Source: Patescibacteria group bacterium
GTDB taxonomy: Bacteria > Patescibacteriota > Microgenomatia > UBA1400 > PJMF01
Reading direction: 5' to 3'
NCBI GenBank assembly: GCA_040879165.1
Contig: JBBDKV010000013.1
Span: 71,967 to 135,966 of the forward strand
Length of the DNA: 64,000 bases
Position numbers and translations under genes: made by a program
Shown: one piece after another, positions 1 to 9,544 of the stretch
Numbering within the stretch: the stretch's first letter is position 1
Layout of the letters: the number at the start of each line of letters is the position of its first letter
The notes under the pieces: generated by a model
Told to the model about the DNA's origin: nothing
The model's input: only the letters and a program-made list of their open reading frames with translations
Databases searched by the model: none

Positions 1-528
1 GTCTGCTTGGTAATTATGAAGATCGGCAAGAAGCGCCAGCGTTTCGAGTAGCGTATCCACACCGTTGCCCGTTTGCGCAGAAATTTCCACCGTGTCAATG
101 TCTCCCCCAAATCCCTGCACCAGCAAGTCATGCTGAGCAAGCTCGGCTTTGACCACGTCAGGGTAGACATTAGGCAGATCCATTTTGTTGATCGCCACCA
201 CTACCTGCACATTTGCAGACTTGATGTGGCGAATTGACTCGATAGTTTGTGGCTTCACACTATCATCTGCTGCTACCACGAGTATCACGATGTCAGTCAA
301 CTCCGCTCCACGTTGACGCATTTTGTTAAAGGCCGCGTGACCAGGGGTATCAATAAAAGTGAGTGGCTTGCCCTGAAATTCAATTTGATACGCGCCAACA
401 TGCTGTGTAATGCCCCCAGCTTCACGAGCTGCCACACGAGATTTGCGAATGTAATCCAGGAGTGTGGTCTTACCATGGTCAACGTGACCCATGATAGTGA
501 TTACTGGTGGTCGGGTGACTAAAGACAT
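1..528 (-). CDS. infB: Translation initiation factor IF-2, N-terminal part; the gene continues beyond the window start. It begins directly at the GTPase domain.
   Basis: Minus-strand translation from an ATG at 528 gives [25 protein letters not shown]...DTPGH...NKMD, a classic IF-2 G domain. It lies just downstream of nusA, the conserved nusA-infB order. Confidence 0.85.
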   Translation of the reverse strand, partial: MSLVTRPPVITIMGHVDHGKTTLLDYIRKSRVAAREAGGITQHVGAYQIEFQGKPLTFIDTPGHAAFNKMRQRGAELTDIVILVVAADDSVKPQTIESIRHIKSANVQVVVAINKMDLPNVYPDVVKAELAQHDLLVQGFGGDIDTVEISAQTGNGVDTLLETLALLADLHNYQAD

Positions 529-540
529 GCGTACTATCCT

Positions 541-1872
541 TTATTTTTGTTCTTCAGGATCACTGGCTGGCGCTTCGGCAGCATCTACCGTTTCAGCTGA
601 TCGAGTATTTGCTGCAGCATATTGCGCATCAAGCTCAGCTTGCTCAACTTCGTATGCTGCTACTTTTTTCTCAAGTAGCTCCATTTGATCTGACTCAAGT
701 TCAAAATTTTGCCACTTGTCCTTAAAGCGAGTTAAGTCTGCAAGCGTGGTCAGTTTGTGTTGAATAAGCAGCTCACGAGTTTCGTCAGCCAATCCTTTGA
801 AAGTATCTATTTCATACTCTTCTGTACCAGTTACTTGAGATTCAATCTGACCAGCCGCTGATTTAACCGTGATTTTATAGCCTGTAAGCTTGGCTGCTAA
901 ACGAACATTCTGACCACCGCGCCCTATTGCCAACGACAATTGGTCATCCGGCACAGTGACAACTGCCACATGCTCTGCTTCATTCAATTCAACAGTCAAG
1001 TGCTCTGCTGGAGCAAGCGCTGCCTGGAGCAAGAGATTCATATCGTCTGAATGAGGAATAATGTCTAATTTTTCATTATTTAATTCGCGAATTACCTCCT
1101 GAACCCGTACTCCTCGTTGGCCAACACAAGACCCAACTGGATCAACGCCTTCTTGAGCTGAGCGAACTGCCAGCTTAGTGCGAACACCAGCTTCTCGAGA
1201 AATCATGGCAATTTCTACAGCACCTGAAGCAACTTCTGGTACTTCACGCTCAAATAATTTAGCAACGAGCTGCTTATCAGCGCGGGAAACAATAACTTGC
1301 TTACCTTTATGCGTTTCTCGAATTTCTTTAATCAAGACTGTAACGCGATTATTCATCCGATAAAACTCGCCACGCATCTGCTCTTCTGGTGGCATATATC
1401 CTTGACCGCGACCAATGTCGAGGACGACGGTGCGACCATCCATACGGAGAATTTGCGCAGTCACAATTTCACCCAATCGCTCGGTATATTCAGAAATAAC
1501 CTGATCTTTTTCTGATTCGCGAATTTTTTGTAAAACAACTTGTTTGGCTGTTTGGGCGGCAATTCGACCAAAACCAGCCGGGGTAACGTCTTCAGATTTT
1601 GTCTCATCCCATTCTAAAATTTCTTCAGTTTCTTCATCAATTTTAGTTGCTGGAGCGCGCAAAATACGAGACTCGCCTGTATCCTCACTGAGGTTAACAT
1701 AGTAGTATTGAGTTTCCTCAAGTGGACCGTATTGTTTCCGATATGCAGATACTAAAGCCTGGCGAATAGCTTCGTAAATCGACTCAACTGGAATTTTACG
1801 CTCATTAGCTATCTGATTGATTGCTGCAGCAAACTCAGTTCGTACAATTTTGCTTTGTGATGCGTCTGACAT
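541..1872 (-). CDS. nusA: Transcription termination/antitermination factor NusA. The start is probably the MSDASQ methionine; the ORF track extends to 1953.
   Basis: N-terminal NusA domain, S1 and KH-like regions (VGSCVGQRGVRVQEVIRELNNEKLDII) and an acidic C-terminal tail. It is followed by infB. Confidence 0.85.
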   Translation of the reverse strand: MSDASQSKIVRTEFAAAINQIANERKIPVESIYEAIRQALVSAYRKQYGPLEETQYYYVNLSEDTGESRILRAPATKIDEETEEILEWDETKSEDVTPAGFGRIAAQTAKQVVLQKIRESEKDQVISEYTERLGEIVTAQILRMDGRTVVLDIGRGQGYMPPEEQMRGEFYRMNNRVTVLIKEIRETHKGKQVIVSRADKQLVAKLFEREVPEVASGAVEIAMISREAGVRTKLAVRSAQEGVDPVGSCVGQRGVRVQEVIRELNNEKLDIIPHSDDMNLLLQAALAPAEHLTVELNEAEHVAVVTVPDDQLSLAIGRGGQNVRLAAKLTGYKITVKSAAGQIESQVTGTEEYEIDTFKGLADETRELLIQHKLTTLADLTRFKDKWQNFELESDQMELLEKKVAAYEVEQAELDAQYAAANTRSAETVDAAEAPASDPEEQK

Positions 1873-2011
1873 ACTTCCTTTATTTTTTTCTTGATTAATG
1901 ATCAAAATACTGGTTGTGAACAAAAAGAGGCTCCATTTTCCCGAGCCCCTCACTTACACAACGAGTATTATTATAATCGAAAACTGCTTGACAAGCAAGC
2001 CAGAGTTGTCG

Positions 2012-2875
2012 CTACAACTTAACTGCTTGTAGCTTTTCAACTGCTTTTTGTTGCTCAGTAGTAAGATTTTCAGGAACTTGAATCACCAGTCGTACGTATA
2101 AATCACCCTTGCCAGATCCGCGTAAAACAGGAACGCCTTCGCCGCGCAAACGTATCAACGTGTGAGAAGGAGTGCCCGGACGAACTTTCAACTTGAGGGA
2201 GTTGTCGATGGTTTTAACTTCAGTCACACCACCAATGGCTGCCATAGAATAGGGTATTTTGTGATCAATGTAGAGATCATAGCCATCTCTGCGATATTCA
2301 GGATGTGTTTTAACATCAATTGAAACATCGAAATCATCAAATCGAATACGAGTGCCGTCGTTAGCACCAGCGGGAATTTTTATGCTGTGCTTTTTCCCGT
2401 TAATTTCTACTTCTTTGGTGATGCCTTTGATCGCATCCATGAAATCAATGGTGAGGGAGTAGCGCGGGCGGCGCGCCGCCTGCGCAAACCCACCTCCAAA
2501 AAATTGTTCAAAAATGTCAAAGGGATCATCAAAATCCACATCACCAAACGGACTCTGCCCACCACTTCCAGAAGTTCGATAGGTATAGGTGAACGGACCT
2601 TGTCGTTGACCACTGAATGGATTGCCACCCATTCCACTTGCTGCATCAAATGCTGAGTGCCCATACTGATCGTAGGAAGATCGTTTTTGTTTGTCGGATA
2701 AAACCTGGTATGCTTCGTTAATCTCCTTAAACTTAGTTTCAGCTTCAGCTTTATTATCTGGATTTTTGTCTGGGTGCCATTTGAGCGCCGCTTTTCTGTA
2801 CGCAGATTTAATTTCTGCATCTGAGGCAGATTTCTTCACTTCTAAAATATCGTAATAATCTCGCTTTGTTGCCAT
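2012..2875 (-). CDS. J-domain co-chaperone of the DnaJ/CbpA type, with no zinc-finger region.
   Basis: J domain with the HPD motif ([16 protein letters not shown]), a G/F-rich linker and a DnaJ C-terminal substrate-binding domain. No CxxCxGxG repeats. Confidence 0.8.
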   Translation of the reverse strand: MATKRDYYDILEVKKSASDAEIKSAYRKAALKWHPDKNPDNKAEAETKFKEINEAYQVLSDKQKRSSYDQYGHSAFDAASGMGGNPFSGQRQGPFTYTYRTSGSGGQSPFGDVDFDDPFDIFEQFFGGGFAQAARRPRYSLTIDFMDAIKGITKEVEINGKKHSIKIPAGANDGTRIRFDDFDVSIDVKTHPEYRRDGYDLYIDHKIPYSMAAIGGVTEVKTIDNSLKLKVRPGTPSHTLIRLRGEGVPVLRGSGKGDLYVRLVIQVPENLTTEQQKAVEKLQAVKL

Positions 2876-2917
2876 AGACTTCGCATTGTAGCATCAGAAA
2901 AAGTAAAAGTTAAGCAG

Positions 2918-5242
2918 TTATTCAAAGAGTCTGCTAAGTTGGCGTCTATGGAGTATGCAATAGACAAAACAGAAAATTATTCCTGCTACAGAAATGAACG
3001 CACTTCTAAAAAACCATGCTGGATAATAATAGACTTCCACATATTTTGATCCTGCAGGAAGTTCTATCGCTCTCATCCCTTCAAAATTTTGAACCACTAA
3101 CTGCTTGCCATATTCATCTCTAGCCCGAACACTTTCGTCATATCTATCAGCAAGTAGCAACGTTTGATCGCTTATGGTTTCCGCAAATTCTAATACCACT
3201 TTGTTGGGATCTTCTCTCATTTGCTTTAAAATCAACTCATCATCAGACTGAAATCGAAATCTTGATGCAACATCATTTAGTTCAAGAGTAGCGTACACTT
3301 CTGTGTTGTCTACAACAGGAAACTGACTAAGGTCTTCCCGTACTTCAAACCACTCATCTACCAGATAATATTTGACAGCCCAGTCACTCAAAAGTGAATT
3401 TTCTACGTCAATATAATCAATAAAGTTAATCCTAACTTCATCAGAATTTTTCCAGATCAAACTATAATCTCTGGGCAACAGTGTGGTGTATCCGTGCACC
3501 AAGTGCACTCCATAGACCATATTCCAATTAGGAGTGTACCCTTGTTGCAATTGTTTCAACACATTGTGTTCTTGTAACTCCACCTCATCAATAAAAGAAT
3601 CGCTGAATGGATCACGCACAACCAACGCTTCCCAATACGTCCCAAAATCAGTGTAGGGCATGTTGGTATTTCTTGTCAAAACTCTTGATCTACCCTCCAG
3701 TACATCTACAGGTAGTTGTTGCCGATTGCTTTCAATCTGCTTAAAGGTTGGATACACAGAATTTTCAGCGAACAAAAACATCCCCTGAGTACTGAATACC
3801 ATTTCAACTGAAAGAACCAAGACTAGTATCCAAAATTTCTTTTTGTAGTACAGCCAAAGCGATCCGATGAAAAACAGAAGTGACACCGCCAAACTACCAC
3901 TAATAACTCTTGCTATCACTGCGTCTCTTTCCAACGTGTGAAACGCACTCGCTGACAAACGATGTTGAGTTACTTGATTTAAGAAGTTCCAAAGCAAATC
4001 AGGATTCTGTACTGCCAAATAATATGTAGCAGTCAAAACCACACACGAAGCTAGCACAGTAATTACTAAATATTTGTAATATTTTTCAAAAAAGCGCAAA
4101 TACTCTAAGCTTCGAATACTCCAAAAAATAACACTCACGCTCGCTAAAATGAGCAACATACTTGGATACCTACCAATTCTCAGCAGTGGCACGGCTTTTT
4201 GAATAAGATCATATCCAGGCAAATACTCTCCAAGCGAAAAAACAATCGCAACAATGGTGCTTGATGCAAACAACCACATCCACCTATCCCATTTTTTCCA
4301 AAATAAAAATGACAAAGCTACACCAGTAATACCAAGCAGCGTTACCACAAACACAACATTGGGTTGTCCGCTCCAAGCAGGTCCCCACTTCATGCCAGCA
4401 ACAGCACTGTCAAAAAAGTAAGGAGCCAACGGCTTTATTAACATGGCAGGGTGCAACGAACCTACTTGAGCTTGTTCTAATGACTGATCCATCCTAGTTG
4501 ACTGCCATAGCAGTTGAACAAAAGGAATCCAAGCCACCGCAGAGATTATGAGTGTATAAATAGCAGTTTCCGTCCAGCTACCCATCCAACGTAAAAATTG
4601 TTTCTTTTTTTGCAATCTCCAACCTGAAATTAATACTGCATATCCAATTGAAAGCAGTACATGCTGAGGATACCCACCCAAAAACTGCAATAACACTACC
4701 ATCGCAAACAAAAGACGCGCAGTTCTATGATCTAAAATGTGCCAGCCCAACCAAGCTATCCAAGGCAACCAAGTCAAAGACTGCAAGGTAGAAAAATTAT
4801 GCGTACTACCAGCAATTTGAGTCGAAAGCATCCAAAAAAATGCAGCCAAATATTGTTGCCAAATTTGTTTTAAAAATAATTTTGACAAAAAAAACATACC
4901 AACTGCTGTCAACAAGTAATGAACAACAATCAAAATATTTAACGCTACTGCAGGAGAAAAAAACATAAATAAAAGAGTGGATGGATACAGAACGGATTGA
5001 TTAATATCCCCAATCCAAGGTAATCCAGAGAAAATATATGGATTCCACAACGGAAGTATTCCCTGCAACAACCACTGTGCTGTAAAAATTTTTCCAGGCA
5101 CCATTAGTGAAAAATTATCACCAAAAAAAAGTGTCTGATTAAAGTAAAAAGGCAAAAATCGCACTGAAACTAAGATAAACGCACTGCAAAGTAAAACTAT
5201 CAATTGATGAGAAGTAATAAATGTATGTAATTTTTTTATCAT
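2918..5242 (-). CDS. YfhO-family polytopic membrane protein, probably a glycosyltransferase that acts on lipid-linked sugars.
   Basis: About 775 aa with many predicted TM helices and a large C-terminal extracytoplasmic domain. It sits immediately downstream of a GT2 polyprenyl-phosphate glycosyltransferase, the CsbB/YfhO-like arrangement. The start is ambiguous because the ORF track extends to 5314 and overlaps the GT2 gene. Confidence 0.55.
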   Translation of the reverse strand: MIKKLHTFITSHQLIVLLCSAFILVSVRFLPFYFNQTLFFGDNFSLMVPGKIFTAQWLLQGILPLWNPYIFSGLPWIGDINQSVLYPSTLLFMFFSPAVALNILIVVHYLLTAVGMFFLSKLFLKQIWQQYLAAFFWMLSTQIAGSTHNFSTLQSLTWLPWIAWLGWHILDHRTARLLFAMVVLLQFLGGYPQHVLLSIGYAVLISGWRLQKKKQFLRWMGSWTETAIYTLIISAVAWIPFVQLLWQSTRMDQSLEQAQVGSLHPAMLIKPLAPYFFDSAVAGMKWGPAWSGQPNVVFVVTLLGITGVALSFLFWKKWDRWMWLFASSTIVAIVFSLGEYLPGYDLIQKAVPLLRIGRYPSMLLILASVSVIFWSIRSLEYLRFFEKYYKYLVITVLASCVVLTATYYLAVQNPDLLWNFLNQVTQHRLSASAFHTLERDAVIARVISGSLAVSLLFFIGSLWLYYKKKFWILVLVLSVEMVFSTQGMFLFAENSVYPTFKQIESNRQQLPVDVLEGRSRVLTRNTNMPYTDFGTYWEALVVRDPFSDSFIDEVELQEHNVLKQLQQGYTPNWNMVYGVHLVHGYTTLLPRDYSLIWKNSDEVRINFIDYIDVENSLLSDWAVKYYLVDEWFEVREDLSQFPVVDNTEVYATLELNDVASRFRFQSDDELILKQMREDPNKVVLEFAETISDQTLLLADRYDESVRARDEYGKQLVVQNFEGMRAIELPAGSKYVEVYYYPAWFFRSAFISVAGIIFCFVYCILHRRQLSRLFE

Positions 5243-5253
5243 TCGGTGATATT

Positions 5254-5943
5254 TTAATACGGCAACAATCGAATGCCAAAGATAACCCTCAATGCACCAA
5301 TTCCATCCTTCCAAGTGATTTTCTTACCCTCAGAAAAATCTCTCCCCACATAACTAATTGGCACTTCATAGATTCGATAACCGCTGCGTAATAATTTACA
5401 CGTAATTTCTGGTTCAATATCAAATCCTTTAGACCGTAAGTTCAGACTGCGCAAAAGTTTTGTGGGCATCACCTTGTAACAAGTCTCCATATCAGAAAGC
5501 GTTGTATTATACAAAATATTGACCACAAAGTTCAAAAAAGCATTGCCCATTCGATGCCAAAAAAGCAAGTTTAAGTGCGGCCCAAGAAAGCGCGAACCAT
5601 ACACAATTTCATTCTTGCCTTTTTTAATGGGCTCAAGCAGGGCAGAAATATCTTCAGGATCGTACTCAAGATCGGCATCTTGAATCATCACGTAGTCTTT
5701 GGTTACTTTCTCAAGTCCAAACCTGATAGCACTACCCTTACCGCCATTTTCTTTCCTAAAATATTTTATTTTTTTGTCTTTTACAGTCTGAACTTTTTTT
5801 TCCGTTCCATCTGTTGAGCCATCATTTACAACAATAATCTCTTGCACAACGCGCTGTGCTAATAACCGCTGCAAGATTTGCTTCACGGTTGCTTCTTCAT
5901 TAAATACGGGCACTATGACAGATAGCGAAACTTTTTTGTTCAT
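5254..5943 (-). CDS. GT2-family glycosyltransferase, polyprenyl-phosphate sugar transferase of the GtrB/CsbB/DPM1 type.
   Basis: SVIVPVFNEE...VVNDGSTDGT...DADL motifs typical of GT2 dolichyl/undecaprenyl-phosphate glycosyltransferases. Confidence 0.8.
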   Translation of the reverse strand: MNKKVSLSVIVPVFNEEATVKQILQRLLAQRVVQEIIVVNDGSTDGTEKKVQTVKDKKIKYFRKENGGKGSAIRFGLEKVTKDYVMIQDADLEYDPEDISALLEPIKKGKNEIVYGSRFLGPHLNLLFWHRMGNAFLNFVVNILYNTTLSDMETCYKVMPTKLLRSLNLRSKGFDIEPEITCKLLRSGYRIYEVPISYVGRDFSEGKKITWKDGIGALRVIFGIRLLPY

Positions 5944-6010
5944 GCTGACTTTTTACACTGACACAGATCTTATCAGAAAAACCATAGCTTAGAATAGGAA
6001 AAAACGTAGC

Positions 6011-6042
6011 ATTAAAAAATCCCCCTCCGTAAAACGGAGGGG
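6011..6042 (-). terminator. Rho-independent terminator downstream of dnaK.
   Basis: Perfect 9-bp GC-rich stem CCCCCTCCG/CGGAGGGGG with a 5-nt loop. On the minus strand it is followed by ATTTTTTAA. Confidence 0.7.
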
Positions 6043-6097
6043 GATGCAAAACTTTTGATTTTACTCAATGGTGAGTGACAACCTCTAAAAGCGCCAC

Positions 6098-8086
6098 CTA
6101 CTCATTGACCACTTCGCCCTCTTCGGCGTCGCTTTTGTCGTTGTTTTTCTTGGTCTTACCATTTTTAGCTTTAGCAGTCTTGCCTTCAGCTTTTGCTGAT
6201 TCTGCTGAACCCTCATCAGCTCCCTGAGCGCCTGCTGCTGCTTCTGCTCCCTGAGCATCAGCCGGCTGCTCCTTCTGCATCACTTCACCGATTTTTTGAG
6301 CAGACTTGAACATTTCTTCAGTTGCTTTGTCTAACTCTTCTTTGGTTGCTGAATCTTGAGCTGCTAATTCTTTCAATTTTTTAACGTCCTTTTCAATCTG
6401 CTCCTTGTCTGCAGCTTCCAGTTTGTCACCATACTCTTTGAGTTGTTTTTCAATCTCGAAAGAAACGCTATCAGCATGATTACGTGCTTCAACAAGCTCT
6501 CGCTTGGCTTTGTCGTCAGCCGCATGCTTCTCAGCATCAGTCTTCATCTTCTCAACTTCTTCTTCAGAAAGATTGGTCGAGTTCTGAATGGTAATTTTCT
6601 GCTCTTTATTGGTATTCTTTTCCTTGGCTGTTACGTTAAGAATGCCATTGGAGTCAATGTCAAACGTAACTTCAACCTGCGGCACACCTCGAAGTGCAGG
6701 GGGGATGCCGTCTAAAATAAAACGACCCAACGAACGATTGTCTGCCGCCATTTCTCGCTCACCTTGCAAGACATTAATCTCAACTTGAGTTTGATTATCT
6801 GCAGCGGTAGAAAAAGTCTGAGATTTAGTAGTTGGAATAGTCGTATTGCGGTCAATCAATGGAGTACGAACGCCGCCCATTGTTTCCAAGCCCAGAGTCA
6901 GTGGAGTAACATCTAACAACACCACATCCTTGACGTCACCACCAATGACACCGGCTTGAATTGCAGCGCCGATTGCTACTACTTCATCTGGATTAACGCC
7001 TTTATGTGGAGCTTTACCGAAAAATTCCTTGACTTCTTCCTGAATTTTTGGCATGCGGGTCATACCACCAACCAAAACAATATCAGAAATATCTTTGGTC
7101 TCAATTTTTGCATCCTTCATGGCCTTGCGAACAGGCTCAAAACTCTGTTTAACCAGATCACTGACCAATTCTTCAAGCTTGGCTCGCGTTAATGTCAGTG
7201 TCAAATGGAGCGCCTGACCATCTTCACCTTGAGTAATAAACGGTTGATTAATTTCGGTAGTTTGGGCGCTGGAAAGCTCAATCTTAGCTTTTTCAGCGGC
7301 GTCCTTAATGCGTTGTAGAGCCTGCGGATCTTTGGACAAGTCTTTGCCCTGATCCTTTTTAAATTCAGCAATAATCCACTCAATAATTTTGCTGTCAAAA
7401 TCATCTCCTCCGAGGAAGGTGTCGCCATTAGTCGCTTTAACTTCAAAAACACCATCGCCAATTTCCAAAATGGAAATGTCAAACGTGCCACCACCCAAGT
7501 CATAGACTGCAATGGTCGAACTACCTTTTTTATCAAGACCATAAGCAAGCGCAGCCGCTGTTGGCTCATTAACTATCCGCTCAACTGTCAGGCCCGCAAT
7601 TTCACCTGCCTGCTTGGTTGCTTGACGCTGTGAATCATCGAAATATGCTGGAACTGTAATAACCGCACGGGTTACTTCGCCACCCAAGTAGCTTTCAGCA
7701 TCAGCTTTTGCTTTTGCCAAGATTTTGGCAGAAATTTCTTGTGGCGTGTATTCTGTACCATCAATTTTGACCACAGTCATGCCATCTTTACCCTCACCAA
7801 CGTCATAGGAAACGTGTTTTATAGCTTCTTTGACTGCTTTTTCCGAAAGTTTGCGACCCATGAAACGCTTCACAGAATTAACCGTTTTCTTGGAATTCAA
7901 GACCATCTGACGCTTGGCGGCGTCACCAACCAAAGTGTCATCACCTTTAAACGCCACAATTGACGGGAAGGTATTTCTACCTTCTGCCGTTGCCACTACT
8001 TTTGGTGAACCACCTTCCATCACTGCAATTGCAGAGTTAGTGGTACCGAGATCAATTCCAATAATTTTTCCTGTTTGTGTTGCCAT
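6098..8086 (-). CDS. dnaK: Chaperone DnaK (Hsp70).
   Basis: [19 protein letters not shown] and other Hsp70 signature motifs. It lies within the hrcA-grpE-dnaK operon. Confidence 0.95.
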   Translation of the reverse strand: MATQTGKIIGIDLGTTNSAIAVMEGGSPKVVATAEGRNTFPSIVAFKGDDTLVGDAAKRQMVLNSKKTVNSVKRFMGRKLSEKAVKEAIKHVSYDVGEGKDGMTVVKIDGTEYTPQEISAKILAKAKADAESYLGGEVTRAVITVPAYFDDSQRQATKQAGEIAGLTVERIVNEPTAAALAYGLDKKGSSTIAVYDLGGGTFDISILEIGDGVFEVKATNGDTFLGGDDFDSKIIEWIIAEFKKDQGKDLSKDPQALQRIKDAAEKAKIELSSAQTTEINQPFITQGEDGQALHLTLTLTRAKLEELVSDLVKQSFEPVRKAMKDAKIETKDISDIVLVGGMTRMPKIQEEVKEFFGKAPHKGVNPDEVVAIGAAIQAGVIGGDVKDVVLLDVTPLTLGLETMGGVRTPLIDRNTTIPTTKSQTFSTAADNQTQVEINVLQGEREMAADNRSLGRFILDGIPPALRGVPQVEVTFDIDSNGILNVTAKEKNTNKEQKITIQNSTNLSEEEVEKMKTDAEKHAADDKAKRELVEARNHADSVSFEIEKQLKEYGDKLEAADKEQIEKDVKKLKELAAQDSATKEELDKATEEMFKSAQKIGEVMQKEQPADAQGAEAAAGAQGADEGSAESAKAEGKTAKAKNGKTKKNNDKSDAEEGEVVNE

Positions 8087-8198
8087 GTGTCCTTTCACTG
8101 GTCAAATATACTGTTAATTTTAGCGATTATAGTTAGTGTAACAAATATTAGCAGTTGAGTCAATAGACTGCTAAGAACTTCTAATTGGTCAAGTATTC

Positions 8199-8693
8199 TC
8201 AAGCTCCAAGCACCACCTTGGCATGTTGGATCACTTTGCCGTTCAACTGATATCCTTGCTTCACAATTTTGATCACAACAGCCTCAGATTCGGCTACGCC
8301 GTCCTCAATTTCAACCACTTCCATCTTTTCCAGATCATACGGCTGACCCAGGACTTGCAACTGCTCAAGACCATGCTCAGAAAGCGTTTTCCAAAGCTGT
8401 TCTGTGACCATTAATAAACCCTTGTCCTGCAACTGGTTTGCTGCCATATCCAGATGATCAAGTGGTTGGAGAAGATCTTGAATCAGTGCTTGTTCGGCAT
8501 ACTGCACCAGGTTTTGGCGCTCTTCTGCAGTGCGACGAACCAAGTTTGCATAGTCAGCCTGAGAACGACGTTGCGCCTCCTGACAATTCTGAACTTGCTG
8601 CTGCAGGACAACTAGTTGTTCTTGCAGCGCTTGAGGCGAATCCTCAGCCTTTTTAGTTTTTGCGGTTTTTTTGACTGGTGGTTGCTGTGACAT
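8199..8693 (-). CDS. grpE: Nucleotide exchange factor GrpE.
   Basis: Position between hrcA and dnaK, a coiled-coil N-terminal region and a GrpE-like C-terminal domain. Confidence 0.8.
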   Translation of the reverse strand: MSQQPPVKKTAKTKKAEDSPQALQEQLVVLQQQVQNCQEAQRRSQADYANLVRRTAEERQNLVQYAEQALIQDLLQPLDHLDMAANQLQDKGLLMVTEQLWKTLSEHGLEQLQVLGQPYDLEKMEVVEIEDGVAESEAVVIKIVKQGYQLNGKVIQHAKVVLGA

Positions 8694-8750
8694 AGGCGTT
8701 ATTGTCTGTATTTTCTACCAACTGTCAAGATTACTTTTGTTTTTTGAAAG

Positions 8751-9473
8751 CTAATCGGTCATTTCCTTAACCAAGGAACGAACGTAGCGTACTATTGGAA
8801 TGATGTATGGATAATCAAATCGACTTGATCCAATCACTCCGATACGACAATTTTTTCCTCTCAAAATAAACGAAGTATGGATCACTCCAATTGGCTCAAG
8901 AAATTTGTTTCCAAGCTCTTGACCATAAATAACCTGTATCTGATTGTCACTAACATTGGTTGCAAACATTTCTTCTAAAGTATGAATTTCTTCAATCAGT
9001 TGCAAGACGTTGCGCATCACTTGAATGTCATAAAACTCTGGCATATTAAGCAAGTTTGCATACCCTGAGTGATACACACGGCGATTATCTATCACTGAAA
9101 TACCCAAGGCGTGTGATTTATCTGCCAAAACGTGTGTAATTTCACTCAATAAATCATCTACTACATCTCGAGTATGCCAAATTTTTTCTTTAGCTGAGAC
9201 CTCGTCGGCGACGGACAACTCTTTTTCTTTCATCAATTCGTTGATATACAGCTTCATTGCCCGAGGAGTTGGCAATCGTCCAGAGCTCGTGTGTGATTTG
9301 TTAAGATAGCCTTGTTTGGTCAGGTGTACCATTTCATTGCGAATGGTAGCTGGAGAGACACCTATCGAGTACTTGCGGTCAATGGTGTCTGAACCCACTG
9401 GCTCCGCAGTCTCAATGAACTCTTGAATAATGGCACGCAGAATTTGAATTTGACGAGCACTTAAATCAATCAT
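8751..9473 (-). CDS. hrcA: Heat-inducible transcription repressor HrcA.
   Basis: The N-terminal winged-helix region (ILRAIIQEFIETAEPVGS) matches HrcA. It is the first gene of the dnaK operon. Confidence 0.85.
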   Translation of the reverse strand: MIDLSARQIQILRAIIQEFIETAEPVGSDTIDRKYSIGVSPATIRNEMVHLTKQGYLNKSHTSSGRLPTPRAMKLYINELMKEKELSVADEVSAKEKIWHTRDVVDDLLSEITHVLADKSHALGISVIDNRRVYHSGYANLLNMPEFYDIQVMRNVLQLIEEIHTLEEMFATNVSDNQIQVIYGQELGNKFLEPIGVIHTSFILRGKNCRIGVIGSSRFDYPYIIPIVRYVRSLVKEMTD

Positions 9474-9505
9474 TCGAACAGCCTCTTAACCTATAATATA
9501 CTATA

Positions 9506-9532
9506 TTAGCAATCATAGCGTGTCTTTGCTAA
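9506..9532 (-). promoter_or_regulatory. Degenerate CIRCE-like inverted repeat (HrcA operator) overlapping a sigma70-type promoter for hrcA.
   Basis: On the minus strand the site reads TTAGCAAAG-N9-GATTGCTAA, against the CIRCE consensus TTAGCACTC-N9-GAGTGCTAA. A -35 TTGACA (9535-9540), a 17-nt spacer and a -10 TATGAT (9512-9517) fit around it. Confidence 0.55.
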
Positions 9533-9544
9533 GTTGTCAATGTT

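Noticed and set aside
6443-8117. Several plus-strand ORFs inside dnaK, and similar antisense ORFs inside ftsH, gltX, groEL, nrdJ and the PBPs.
   Set aside because: They are antisense to long, strongly supported genes and have no motifs. They were treated as frame artefacts.
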